The translations under genes were made by a program, and so were the position numbers. From Phycisphaerales bacterium (GTDB lineage: Bacteria > Planctomycetota > Phycisphaerae > Phycisphaerales > UBA1924): a stretch of 64,000 nucleotides of DNA. The notes under the pieces were generated by a model. That model was not told the DNA's origin. It ran no database searches and saw only the letters and a list, made by a program, of their open reading frames with translations. The number at the start of each line of letters is the position of its first letter. Position 1 is the stretch's first letter. The stretch covers positions 5,272 through 69,271 of the forward strand of contig JBJHBZ010000013.1 of the NCBI GenBank assembly GCA_050485765.1. The letters run 5' to 3'. Below are positions 16,658-25,935 of this stretch, piece by piece.

Positions 16658-18187
16658 ATGCGTCGGATGATGATCTGGGCGTGGTGTGCGGGCGTTTCGG
16701 TGCTGGCGTCGGGCGTGGCGTGGGGGCAGGCGACGCCGCGGAACGTCGAGGGCGGGCTGCGGACGGGTTGGACGGCTTCCAACTTCGATGGGTGGTCGCT
16801 GCAGGAGCGGATGTCGCACCACGGCGTCGCGGGGCTCCAGATCGCGGTGATCGAGAACGGTCAGCTCGCGTGGACGCGGGCGTACGGGCTGGCGGATCGG
16901 GAGCGCGAGGTCGCGGCCGACACCGGGACGCTGTTCCAACTCGGCCAGCTCAGCATGCCGCTGGCGGCGGTGCTGGCGCACGACCTGCACGAGGCGGGCG
17001 TGCTGGACCTGGACGCGCCGGCGAACACGCAGTTCCGCGGGTGGCGGATCCGGACGGGGATCGGGGAGGCGTCGGACGACGTGACGCTGCGGAAGGTGCT
17101 GAGCCACACGGGGGGGCTGGACGAGGTGCGGTTCGGCGGCGCGTGGGGCGAGATGCTGGTGCCGCGTCTGATCGACAATCTGGAGGGCCGCCCGCCGGCG
17201 AACAACCCGCCGGTCCGCCAGGTGCGGGCGACCGGGGACTGGCGGTTTTCGGCGGGCGGGTACGCGGTGCTGCAGCGTGCGATCGACGATTCGGCGAGGG
17301 TCGCGTTCGAGCGCGTGCTGCGCGATCGTGTGCTGGATCCTTTGGGGATGTCGCGGACGACGCACTGGCTGGGCCCGACGCGGACCGCGCCCGCCGGGGG
17401 CGCGCGCGGGCACGTGGTCGGGGATACCGACGCCGAGGGGCTCGAGGGCGTGAACTGGTTCGAGGGTGACGCGCACGTGTACGCGGCTTCGGCGGCGATG
17501 GGCATGTGGTCGACCGCGGGCGAGTACGGCGCGTTCGGCGCGAGCCTGCTCCGCGCGATCGGCGGGCGCGAGGGCGAGGTGCTCGACCCGGACACCGCCC
17601 GGCGTCTGCTGGAGCCGGCGGCCCGCGACGTCGCCCCGCTCGACCCGCTCCGCCCCAGCGGCGAAGACTGGATCGTCGATTGGGGTGAGGGCTTCTCGAT
17701 CGTCCGTCGCCCGGGGGCGGGCGAGGACGAAGTCTTCCTCGTGCATCGCGCGCAGACGCCGGGCTTTACGGGGCTGGTCGTGCTCTCGCCGGGCTCGCAG
17801 GGGGGCGTGGTGGTGCTGGCGAACCAGTTCGAGGCCGAGGGGCTGTTGTGGGAGGTGGCGTACTCGGTGGCTCGCGCGGGGGGTTGGCGCGGGTTCGAGC
17901 GTCCGGACGTGCAGGACGTCCACCTGTGGCTGCGCGATTTTGAGGAGGCCGAGTCGGTCTCGCTGGTGGGCTCGTTCAACGATTTTCGCGCGGGCGAGAT
18001 CGTCTGCACGCAGTCGCTGGACGGGACGTGGCGGGTGACGGTCTCGCTCCCGCCGGGGACGTACCGGTACGGGTTTATGGTCGACGGCGAGTTCGTCGGG
18101 GACACGCGGAACCCGATCACGGAGCGCGGGCCGGACGGGACGGTGTATTCGCGGCTGGTGGTGCAGGCGTTCCGTGAGTTGGAGTGA
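16658..18187 (+). CDS. Beta-lactamase/serine-hydrolase-fold protein (active-site motif degenerate) fused to a C-terminal AMPK-beta/CBM48-like domain
   Basis: Signal peptide present. Family context TLFQLGQLSMPLAAVLAHDLHEAGVLDLDAP and LSHTGGL. The C-terminus is VSLVGSFNDFRAGEIVCTQSLDGTWRVTVSLPPGTYRYGFMVDGEF. Confidence 0.65.
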   Translation: MRRMMIWAWCAGVSVLASGVAWGQATPRNVEGGLRTGWTASNFDGWSLQERMSHHGVAGLQIAVIENGQLAWTRAYGLADREREVAADTGTLFQLGQLSMPLAAVLAHDLHEAGVLDLDAPANTQFRGWRIRTGIGEASDDVTLRKVLSHTGGLDEVRFGGAWGEMLVPRLIDNLEGRPPANNPPVRQVRATGDWRFSAGGYAVLQRAIDDSARVAFERVLRDRVLDPLGMSRTTHWLGPTRTAPAGGARGHVVGDTDAEGLEGVNWFEGDAHVYAASAAMGMWSTAGEYGAFGASLLRAIGGREGEVLDPDTARRLLEPAARDVAPLDPLRPSGEDWIVDWGEGFSIVRRPGAGEDEVFLVHRAQTPGFTGLVVLSPGSQGGVVVLANQFEAEGLLWEVAYSVARAGGWRGFERPDVQDVHLWLRDFEEAESVSLVGSFNDFRAGEIVCTQSLDGTWRVTVSLPPGTYRYGFMVDGEFVGDTRNPITERGPDGTVYSRLVVQAFRELE

Positions 18188-18213
18188 GCGTTGCGGGTAT
18201 GGGTCGGGAGCCG

Positions 18214-18246
18214 GAGCACTGACCTTGCGGACAAGGTCAGTGGCAC
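18214..18246 (+). repeat. Solitary REP unit (type B) between convergent genes
   Basis: GAGCACTGACCTTGCGGACAAGGTCAGTGGCAC. Confidence 0.9.
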
Positions 18247-18261
18247 GGGTGTGAGGCGGTT

Positions 18262-18615
18262 TTAGAGGCGGGTCGCGACGATTTCGTCGATCGTCGGGAG
18301 CCATCGTCGCGCGGTGGCGAGGTCGAATTTGTGCGGGAGCTCGCCGGCGGGGAGTGCGGCTTCGGCTTTATGTTCGAGGACGCAGGCGAGGACGGCTTCG
18401 ACGACGCGGCTGGGGCTGACGGCGCCGCCGGACCAGTGGTCGTGGTCGGCCCAGTCGAGGCGGACCTCGTGCCGGGTCTGGGTGACGGTGGCGCGGTCGG
18501 GGCGTCCGGCGGGATCGCGGGCGACGTCGCTGATGCGGACCTGGTAGACCCAGCCGTGGGCGGTTTCGGTTTCCTGCTGGACCTCGACGTGGGGCATGCC
18601 CTCGGCTCCCTGCAT
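18262..18615 (-). CDS. Hypothetical protein (117 aa)
   Basis: ORF with ordinary amino-acid composition and GC3 bias. No recognisable motif. The start could be the internal MPHVEV. Confidence 0.4.
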   Translation of the reverse strand: MQGAEGMPHVEVQQETETAHGWVYQVRISDVARDPAGRPDRATVTQTRHEVRLDWADHDHWSGGAVSPSRVVEAVLACVLEHKAEAALPAGELPHKFDLATARRWLPTIDEIVATRL

Positions 18616-18766
18616 CCGCGGGCCCGGGGGTCGGAGGCGTCCGGGAAACCCTCTGCCGAGCGGGCGGTAGATGACACCGCTAGCGTAGCACGGGGGGCGT
18701 CCCGGTCGTCCTCAGCCACCACGGACCCGCTCGCCCTTCGGGCGAGCGTCGGAGTTGTTCGCACCG

Positions 18767-20095
18767 ATGTACATCTTCGAGATCATCCGCCTTGGGTTGA
18801 ACGACCTGCGCTTGCACCTGTTGCGGAGCGTGCTGACGGCGCTGGGGATCATCCTCGGGGTGGCGGCGGTCATCACGATGGTGTCGATCGGTGAGGGTTC
18901 GAAGCTGGAGGCGCTGGCGACGATCGAGCGTCTGGGGGCTCGGAACACGATCCTCCGGAGCCAGAAGCCGCCGGAGTCGAGCCAGCAGCAGGGCGGGCAG
19001 CAGGCGGGTTGGCTGACCCGGTTCGGGATCACCCGGGACGACATGGCGCTGATCGAGGCGAACTTTCCCGATGCGACGTGGATCGTGCCGGTGAAGGCGG
19101 TCGGGGGCGAGATCCTGCGGGAGAACCGTCGCCAGGTGAGCCAGGCGTTCGGGACAACGCCGGAGTTCCCGCTGGTGAGCAGCGTGCGCGTGGAGCGGGG
19201 TCGGTACCTGACCAACGCGGACATGGAGAACCGCTCGGCGGTGCTGGTGATCGGCTCGGAAGTCGCGAAGGAGATGTTTCCTTTCGACGACCCGATCGGG
19301 CAGACGCTGCGGATCGACGAGCAGGCGTTGCAGATCGTCGGGGTGCTCGCCCCGGTGGGGCTGAGCGGGGGCTCGGGGGCGGCGCTGATCGGGCGGGACC
19401 TGAACCTGGACGTCCACATGCCGATCACGACGGCGCGGGCGATGTTCGGCGACCTGATCGCGCGCCGGTCGGCCGGGAGCTTTGAGGCGAACGAGGTCGA
19501 GATCTCCGAGATCTACCTGACCAGCCCGGACCGGGACCGGGTGCTGGTGGACGCGCAGCGTCTGCGACGCCTGATGTCGATCCGGAGCGCGGGGATGAGC
19601 GACCTGGGCGTGATCGTGCCCTACGAGCTGCTCGACAAGGCGCGCCGGGACGCGCTGACCTGGAACCTGGTGCTCGGGGCGATCGCGGGGATCAGCCTGC
19701 TGGTCGGCGGGATCGGGATCATGAACATCATGCTCGCGACCGTCACGGAGCGGACGCGGGAGATCGGCATCCGGCGAGCGCTCGGCGCGACACGGGGGAA
19801 CATCACCGCCCAGTTCCTGGTCGAGACGGGCGTGCTGAGCGCGCTGGGCGGGCTGATCGGCGTGGCGCTGGGGATCGGGCTCAGCATCGCGATCGAGTTC
19901 GCTGTCCCGCTGCTGCCCGACGCCCCGGTGATCGGGCGGTTCTTCGATCGCGATGCGGCGTTGCCGACGGCGATCACGACGTGGTCGATCGCGCTCTCGT
20001 TCGGGGTGGCGACGCTGATCGGGCTGGTCTTCGGGATCTACCCCGCGATGCAGGCCGCCAAGCAGGACCCGATCGTCGCCCTGCGCCACGATTGA
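18767..20095 (+). CDS. ABC transporter permease, MacB/FtsX (LolC/E-like) family
   Basis: N-terminal TM (LRSVLTALGIILGVAAVITMVSIGEG), a periplasmic domain, and a C-terminal FtsX-type 3-TM block with TERTREIGIRRALGA. An alternative TTG start lies at 18755. No adjacent ABC ATPase gene. Confidence 0.8.
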   Translation: MYIFEIIRLGLNDLRLHLLRSVLTALGIILGVAAVITMVSIGEGSKLEALATIERLGARNTILRSQKPPESSQQQGGQQAGWLTRFGITRDDMALIEANFPDATWIVPVKAVGGEILRENRRQVSQAFGTTPEFPLVSSVRVERGRYLTNADMENRSAVLVIGSEVAKEMFPFDDPIGQTLRIDEQALQIVGVLAPVGLSGGSGAALIGRDLNLDVHMPITTARAMFGDLIARRSAGSFEANEVEISEIYLTSPDRDRVLVDAQRLRRLMSIRSAGMSDLGVIVPYELLDKARRDALTWNLVLGAIAGISLLVGGIGIMNIMLATVTERTREIGIRRALGATRGNITAQFLVETGVLSALGGLIGVALGIGLSIAIEFAVPLLPDAPVIGRFFDRDAALPTAITTWSIALSFGVATLIGLVFGIYPAMQAAKQDPIVALRHD

Positions 20096-20172
20096 GCCCG
20101 CTCGGGCGGCGGCCCCGCGGAGCTCCTACCATGCGGACCACCCGTTTCCGTCTGGTTTTGGAGTTTCTCGCG

Positions 20173-20736
20173 ATGAAAGCAACCGATCTCCGTCAGGGCC
20201 TCGGCGTCAAGATCGACGGCAAACTGGCCGTCGCCACCGGTGTCGAGCACCGCACCCCCGGCAACCTCCGGGCCTTCATCCAGCTCAAGTACCGCGAGAT
20301 CGTCTCCGGGAAGACGCTCGAGAAGCGTCTGTCCTCCAGCGACGACATCGAGGTCGTCGAGCTCGACCGGCGGACCATGGAGTACCTCTACTCCGACAAC
20401 AACGGCGCCGTCTTCATGGACAGCGAGAACTACGACCAGATCACCATCCCCGCTGAGGTCCTCGGCGACGCGCTGCTCTACCTCCGCCCCAACACCGAAG
20501 CCACGGTCCTCTGCAACGAGGGGAACCCGATCACGATCGAGCTTCCCTCGGCCGTCGAGCTGACGATCACCGACACGCCCCCGGGCATCAAGGGCGCGAC
20601 CGCGACCAACCAGCTCAAGGAAGCGACGTGCGAGACGGGGCTCAAGACCCGCGTCCCGCCGTTCATCAACCCGGGCGAACTGGTCCGCATCTCAACGGCC
20701 GACGGGTCGTACATGGCCCGCGCCAAGGGCGACTGA
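20173..20736 (+). CDS. efp: Elongation factor P family protein (non-canonical tip loop)
   Basis: Three-domain EF-P pattern (MEYLYSDNNGAVFMDSENYDQI; DTPPGIKGATATNQLKEATCETGL). The loop reads TPGNLRA instead of KPGKGQA. Confidence 0.85.
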   Translation: MKATDLRQGLGVKIDGKLAVATGVEHRTPGNLRAFIQLKYREIVSGKTLEKRLSSSDDIEVVELDRRTMEYLYSDNNGAVFMDSENYDQITIPAEVLGDALLYLRPNTEATVLCNEGNPITIELPSAVELTITDTPPGIKGATATNQLKEATCETGLKTRVPPFINPGELVRISTADGSYMARAKGD

Positions 20737-20784
20737 GATTGCCCCGCCCGGGAGGGCGGCCTGCACTGCCCACACGAGTTCCCG

Positions 20785-20819
20785 ACACGGGCCGCTCCAC
20801 AGAGCGGCCCGTGTTGTTG
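20785..20819 (+). terminator. Intrinsic terminator downstream of efp
   Basis: ACACGGGCCGCTC-CACA-GAGCGGCCCGTGT followed by TGTTG. Confidence 0.6.
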
Positions 20820-20959
20820 ACCCAGCCGCCCGCTGCCCGGGGGGCGGGGTGTGGGGTGTGGGCGACCGCATAAACCCCGCCTGAGCGTTGTTGGTACAAC
20901 AATTCAGCGGCGGCCGCGCTGAGGGGGCTTTCGGTACGCCGGATCCGTTCGGAGGTTGC

Positions 20960-22846
20960 ATGAAGGTCCGCGGGCGCACGATCGTGATCTGGCTGGTGGT
21001 GTTGTTCACGTTCGCCGGCGGGACGGCCGTCTGGTTGCGGTACGCCGGCGGTCTGCAACGCCTCCAGCTCATGACCACCGGGCTCGACGACTGGATCGGG
21101 CGTCAGATCGTCAACATCGCCAACGCGTATCTGGTCCCGCAGATCGCGTTTGAGCGTCTTGAGTACCGCGCCCCGGCGACCGTCGTGCTCACCGGCGTCA
21201 CGTTCACCGCGCCCGACGGCACCCGCGTGTTCGACGTCGGCTCGCTCACGATCGAGCTGGCCGAGGTGCCCAGAATCGGGCGCCCCATCGCGATCGCTTC
21301 GCTCATCATCGAAGACGGCGAGGTGAATCTGATCCAGAACGAGGACGGCGACGGGTTCCGCGGGCTCCAGCCGCTGGTCAAAGGGCAACAGGAACGCGAG
21401 CGCGCCGCCGATTCGCCCGCGACCAACCTGAGCGACGTGCTCGAACTCCGCCAGGTCCGGATCATCAACGGCGGGCTCCGCCTGGATATGGGCCAGGGTG
21501 ACCCGATGGTCCTGCGCGAGCTCGAGCTTGCGCTCGACATCCGCCCGCTGGAGAGCGAAGCCACCCGGACACGCGAGGCGGACGATGCGCCGACCAGCGG
21601 CGAGCGCCCGCGTCCGAGCGGGCCGGGGTGGTACGAGATGGCGCTGGACACGGGGCGTCCGCCGAACGCGGTGATCCAGGCGGACGCGCGGCTGAACATC
21701 GACACGTTCGAGGTGGACCTGGCGTCGTCGACGATCACGCTGGATGTGACCGAGCAGTCGATGGAGGCGCTGCCGCCGCAGATCCAGTCGATCCTGCGCG
21801 AGTATCAGGCTCGGGGGATGCTGCGGATCGAGGCGTCGGGGCGTGTGCCGTTGCAGGACCTGAACGCCGGCAGCGCGAAGACGACGGTGACGCTGAACAA
21901 CTTCAACATCACGCAGGGCGAGTTCCGGCTGCCGATCGATCGGCTGAGCACGGAGGCCACGCTTGAGAGCGGGGTGGTGCGGATCGGGAGCGGGGTGATC
22001 CGCATGCTGGGCGGGTCGATCGCGTTCCGGGGTCGCTTGCCGCTGGAGGCGGACCAGCGGGCCGAGTTTGACTGGACGGCGAACCGGCTGGAACTGGAGA
22101 ACCTGCTCGCCGCACGGACCGCGACGACAACGACACCGGCGAATCCGAACGCGACGGTCGAGGCGCCCGCGTCGCCGAACGCGACGGACGGCGGCTCATC
22201 CGCCGGTGAGACGCGGTCGCCCGCGCCGACGCGCTCACGACTCGCGGGACGGCTCGCGGGGGAGGGCGTCGCAACGGTCGACCCGCGAAAGATCCCGGAC
22301 TCTCTCGCCGGAGACGGCGCGATCGAGATCAGCGACGGACGGTTGCTGATGATCCCGGGCCTGACCCAGCTCGCGCAGGTGATGAACGTCGGTCAGCGCC
22401 TGATCGGGGATACGAGCCGCAATCACCGCCTGGCGGCGCGGTTCGAACTGACGCCCGAGGGCGTCCGTGTCAATGAGAGCACGCTGATCACGAATGCGCT
22501 GGCCGCGCGCGCGACGGGGATGATCAGCTACGAGGGCGTGCTGGATATGTCGGCGAACGCCGGGCCTCTGGAGCGCGTGCAGGCGGCGCTCGGGCCGATC
22601 GGGGACGTCTTCGGGAGCATCACCGACCGGCTCGTGACGTACCGGATCCGCGGGCCGATGGGCGAGCCGAGCGTGAGCGTCGTCGCGGGGCGCGGCGACC
22701 AGCACCGCGCCGAGCGCGAGCGTCAGCGGACCGGGCAGCCAAGCCCCGAGCCGACCCCGGAACCGGCCCCCGAGCCACCATCGGAGCCCACGCCGGAAGC
22801 GGAACCCCCGGCGTCGGCTCCACCTTCACGCGGTGCAGAGCGATGA
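20960..22846 (+). CDS. Large membrane-anchored protein, possibly AsmA/TamB-like, with a Pro/Glu-rich tail
   Basis: N-terminal TM (IVIWLVVLFTFAGGTAVWL) followed by a long beta-rich body. The functional call is weak. Start at MKVRG (20960). Confidence 0.5.
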   Translation: MKVRGRTIVIWLVVLFTFAGGTAVWLRYAGGLQRLQLMTTGLDDWIGRQIVNIANAYLVPQIAFERLEYRAPATVVLTGVTFTAPDGTRVFDVGSLTIELAEVPRIGRPIAIASLIIEDGEVNLIQNEDGDGFRGLQPLVKGQQERERAADSPATNLSDVLELRQVRIINGGLRLDMGQGDPMVLRELELALDIRPLESEATRTREADDAPTSGERPRPSGPGWYEMALDTGRPPNAVIQADARLNIDTFEVDLASSTITLDVTEQSMEALPPQIQSILREYQARGMLRIEASGRVPLQDLNAGSAKTTVTLNNFNITQGEFRLPIDRLSTEATLESGVVRIGSGVIRMLGGSIAFRGRLPLEADQRAEFDWTANRLELENLLAARTATTTTPANPNATVEAPASPNATDGGSSAGETRSPAPTRSRLAGRLAGEGVATVDPRKIPDSLAGDGAIEISDGRLLMIPGLTQLAQVMNVGQRLIGDTSRNHRLAARFELTPEGVRVNESTLITNALAARATGMISYEGVLDMSANAGPLERVQAALGPIGDVFGSITDRLVTYRIRGPMGEPSVSVVAGRGDQHRAERERQRTGQPSPEPTPEPAPEPPSEPTPEAEPPASAPPSRGAER

Positions 22847-23427
22847 TCCCCGGGCCGGACCTCATCCTGCTCGGGCTCCGCGGCTCCGGCAAGACGACCC
22901 TCGCCGCCCGGCTCGGGCGGGAGCTGTCGCGTCCTGTGATCGACCTGGACGAGCGTACGCCGGGGTATGCCGGGTGCGCGACGGTCGCCGAGACGTTCCA
23001 GCGTCTGGGCGAGCCGGGGTTTCGGGACGCCGAGGCCCGGGCGCTCGCCGACGTGCTCGACGCGCAGGACGCGGACGCGCCGCGGGTGATCGCGCTCGGC
23101 GGCGGCACGCCCACCGCGATCACGCTGGACGGGCGGCGGGCGGCCGACCTGCTCCGCGAGGCGCAGCAGGCGGGCCGGTGCGTGGTGGTCTACCTGCGCC
23201 TGACGCCGGGCGCGCTCCGGGCACGCCTGCACGGCTCGGACAACACGCACCGCCCGCCGCTGATCGCCGCGAGCGCGACGGAAGAGGTTGAAGCGGTGTT
23301 CCTGGCGCGCGATCCGCTATACCGGAATCTGGCGGGTGCCGTACTCGAGACGGACACGATGGACGAGCCGGCCGCCACGCGCGCGGTGATCGTGGCGCTG
23401 CACGATGTCTCGAATCGCCAAGCGTAA
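22843..23427 (+). CDS. aroK: Shikimate kinase
   Basis: LILLGLRGSGKTTLAARLGRELSRPVIDLDE (P-loop plus DxD), GGG motif. Overlaps the upstream gene by 4 nt. Confidence 0.8.
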   Translation: MIPGPDLILLGLRGSGKTTLAARLGRELSRPVIDLDERTPGYAGCATVAETFQRLGEPGFRDAEARALADVLDAQDADAPRVIALGGGTPTAITLDGRRAADLLREAQQAGRCVVVYLRLTPGALRARLHGSDNTHRPPLIAASATEEVEAVFLARDPLYRNLAGAVLETDTMDEPAATRAVIVALHDVSNRQA

Positions 23428-23456
23428 ACGCGGGCGAGACCTTGCGGGCGTGTGCG

Positions 23457-25034
23457 CTACGGCAACGCGATCGTCACGCCGGAGCTGATGACGCTGTACG
23501 CCGCCCCGTTCGGCGAGCGATACTCCCCGGCGTACAGCCCGAAAACCAGGTGGTACCCGTCCCTGGAGGGGGTCGCTTCTCTGGACTCGGTCAGGATGAC
23601 CGTTCGGCCGCCCACAGTCAGCGTCTGCTCGACGCCGCGGACGTGCGACATCGCTGCCGGACGGTTGCCGGCGTACGCGATGAACCAGACAGCGTCGCCC
23701 GGCGCGTGCTGCCCGGTCTGAAACGATCGGTTCAAGCTGGATCTTGCCGCGGCGTGCCCGGCGGGGGCGAGGACGGGCCCGAGCGTGCTTCGCGTGTGCG
23801 CGATCGAGCGTGCAAAGAGGGCGCGGGCAGGTTCTTCCTCGATCTCCGCGTTGACGAACAGGCCGGCGAGTCGCTGCATGTATCCGGTGTAGCGATCGGG
23901 GTCCCGCAGCCTGTCACCTGCGCAGGGGTTGCACCGCTCGGTGACGTAGCGGAAGATCGGCTCGCGGAACCCGCCACCGATTTCGCGTGTGCCGACCTGT
24001 CGGCGGGCAGTGATCTCGCCGGTGCCGCGGCAGGCCTGGCAGATCACGATGCGCCCGAGACTGCCGACCGCGCGCATCAGGTCGCGGGCGTCCGCCCCGC
24101 CGTCGGGCGTCACGCTGGGCAGCGGCGGCGGCGAGGGGATCGTGGGTGTCGGCTGGGGTGGTGATGGATGGATTGGGATCGTCTGGGTCGGCGTCGGCGG
24201 GCGAAACGCCGGGGGCCGCTCCTCATCTTCTTCCACCGTCGGGAGTCCTTGAGGCTGCGGCGCGTGACCCGGGCGCGCCACGGCTCGGAAGGTCACCGGC
24301 TCCGAGCGCTCCGCGGAGACCAAGGCTTGGACGTGTCGCGACTTGATCCCGAAGAACTGGCTCTCGCCGACGCGCCAGCGCCACGTGCTGACCGCGAGCA
24401 CGCGTCCTTCCGCGTCGACCAGCGGGCCGCCGGAGTTGCCGGTGTTGATCGCGGCATCGGTCTGCAGCCACCTTGTGCCCTGCCCCAGCATCCCGAGCCC
24501 GGAGGAAACCCGCTTTAACTCGGCGTCGGAGCGGTACGCGTTGACGACGCCGCGGGTGATGGTGAAGCCCAGGCCCATCGGGAACCCACCCGCCCAGACC
24601 TCGTCGCCCTGGGCCGCCTCTCCCTCGCGCAGGCTCAGCCCGCGGATACGGACCAGCGCGCCCGCGTCCAGCGGGCGGAGCAGGGCGAGGTCTGTCCGCG
24701 ACTCGATCGCCCAAAGCTCCACCGCGACCGGATGATCCAGCTCCGTAAAGAGCACACTGGCCCGCACGCCCCCGACGACAACGTGCAGGTTGGTCACGAT
24801 GTACCCGGTCTCCGCGTGCAGGAACCCCGACCCAGTCGAGCGCTCGCGCCCGCTTTCATCAAAAACCTGAATGAGGCAGACCGAGTCGCGCATCGCTTCG
24901 ACCGGGGGGGAGCCCGCGCGAACAGAGCCAAGGCCCGCGAACGCCGCACTGCGACTATCGAGCCCCGGCATCAGAGCCAGCAGCAACCAGACGGCCACGC
25001 CGGGCCACCATCCCACGGGCTTCGGATCGGGCAT
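23457..25034 (-). CDS. Trypsin-like (S1/HtrA-type) serine protease fused via a Pro-rich linker to a CxxCxGxG zinc-finger-containing C-terminal region
   Basis: Catalytic context TNLHVV (His), DLALLRP (Asp) and NTGNSGGPLVD (Ser). Then PTPTQTIPIHPSPPQPTPTIPSPPPLP, CQACRGTGEI....CNPCAGD and about 170 further aa. An alternative upstream start lies at 25070. Confidence 0.7.
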   Translation of the reverse strand: MPDPKPVGWWPGVAVWLLLALMPGLDSRSAAFAGLGSVRAGSPPVEAMRDSVCLIQVFDESGRERSTGSGFLHAETGYIVTNLHVVVGGVRASVLFTELDHPVAVELWAIESRTDLALLRPLDAGALVRIRGLSLREGEAAQGDEVWAGGFPMGLGFTITRGVVNAYRSDAELKRVSSGLGMLGQGTRWLQTDAAINTGNSGGPLVDAEGRVLAVSTWRWRVGESQFFGIKSRHVQALVSAERSEPVTFRAVARPGHAPQPQGLPTVEEDEERPPAFRPPTPTQTIPIHPSPPQPTPTIPSPPPLPSVTPDGGADARDLMRAVGSLGRIVICQACRGTGEITARRQVGTREIGGGFREPIFRYVTERCNPCAGDRLRDPDRYTGYMQRLAGLFVNAEIEEEPARALFARSIAHTRSTLGPVLAPAGHAAARSSLNRSFQTGQHAPGDAVWFIAYAGNRPAAMSHVRGVEQTLTVGGRTVILTESREATPSRDGYHLVFGLYAGEYRSPNGAAYSVISSGVTIALP

Positions 25035-25112
25035 CGCATCCTCCCACAGGAGTATACGGATGCCGAACAATCATGCAACGAGGGGCTCATCCATTCGGCG
25101 GGATCGGGGGTT

Positions 25113-25769
25113 TCAACCCGCGTCGGCGCGTCGGACGGCTTCGCAGAAGGCCTCGATCCTGGACGGGTCCTTGACGCCCGGTTCGCGCTCCACGCCGCTC
25201 GAGACGTCGACGGCGTAGGGGCGGACGGCTCGGATCGCCTCGCCCACGTTCTCCGGGGTGAGGCCGCCGGCGAGGATCAGGCGGGAACTCAGGCCCGCGA
25301 CCGCGTCCGCGACGGTCGCCCAGTCGAGCGGCTCGCCGGAGCCGGGGGTGGCGCCATCGATGAGCACGGCTTCCACGTCCGGCATCGCGCTCCAACGCTC
25401 GACTTCGCCGCGCAGCCACGAGCCGCCTTTGGCCGGATCGAACCGCACGGCCTTGATCGCGGGCCCGCACGCCTCGACCGTCTTGGCGTCCTCGTCCCCG
25501 TGAAGCTGCGTGTGCACCGTGGGGCAACGCTGCTCGAGCTCGCTGAAGGCGTTCACATCGGTCACGGCGTAGACGCCGACCGACGCGACGAACGGGGGGA
25601 GCGAGGCCATCACTTCGAACGCCTCGTCGGGGTCGATGAAGCGTTTGCTCCCGCGGACGAAGACGAAACCAACGGCGTCGGCGCCGGCGTCGCCGGCCGC
25701 GCCGGCGGTCTCGGCGTCGCGCACGCCGCAGATCTTGATCCGTGTCCGCCCCGTTCGATCACCGCCCAT
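25113..25769 (-). CDS. trpF: Phosphoribosylanthranilate isomerase
   Basis: RIKICGVRDAETA...GADAVGFVF...SKRFI and LAGGLTPENV motifs. Confidence 0.85.
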   Translation of the reverse strand: MGGDRTGRTRIKICGVRDAETAGAAGDAGADAVGFVFVRGSKRFIDPDEAFEVMASLPPFVASVGVYAVTDVNAFSELEQRCPTVHTQLHGDEDAKTVEACGPAIKAVRFDPAKGGSWLRGEVERWSAMPDVEAVLIDGATPGSGEPLDWATVADAVAGLSSRLILAGGLTPENVGEAIRAVRPYAVDVSSGVEREPGVKDPSRIEAFCEAVRRADAG

Positions 25770-25935
25770 GGCGTCACCCGCTTTCTGTCGCTGTTTGGAG
25801 AGCGCGGGATGTTAAGTGGGTCGGCGTGGGGCGTGCCGGGGCGCGCGATGAAAAAGACGCGGCCGCCCTGGGATAGGGGCGGCCGCGAGGCGCAACACGA
25901 GTTGACAAGACTCAAGACATGACGAAGGCGTCGTC

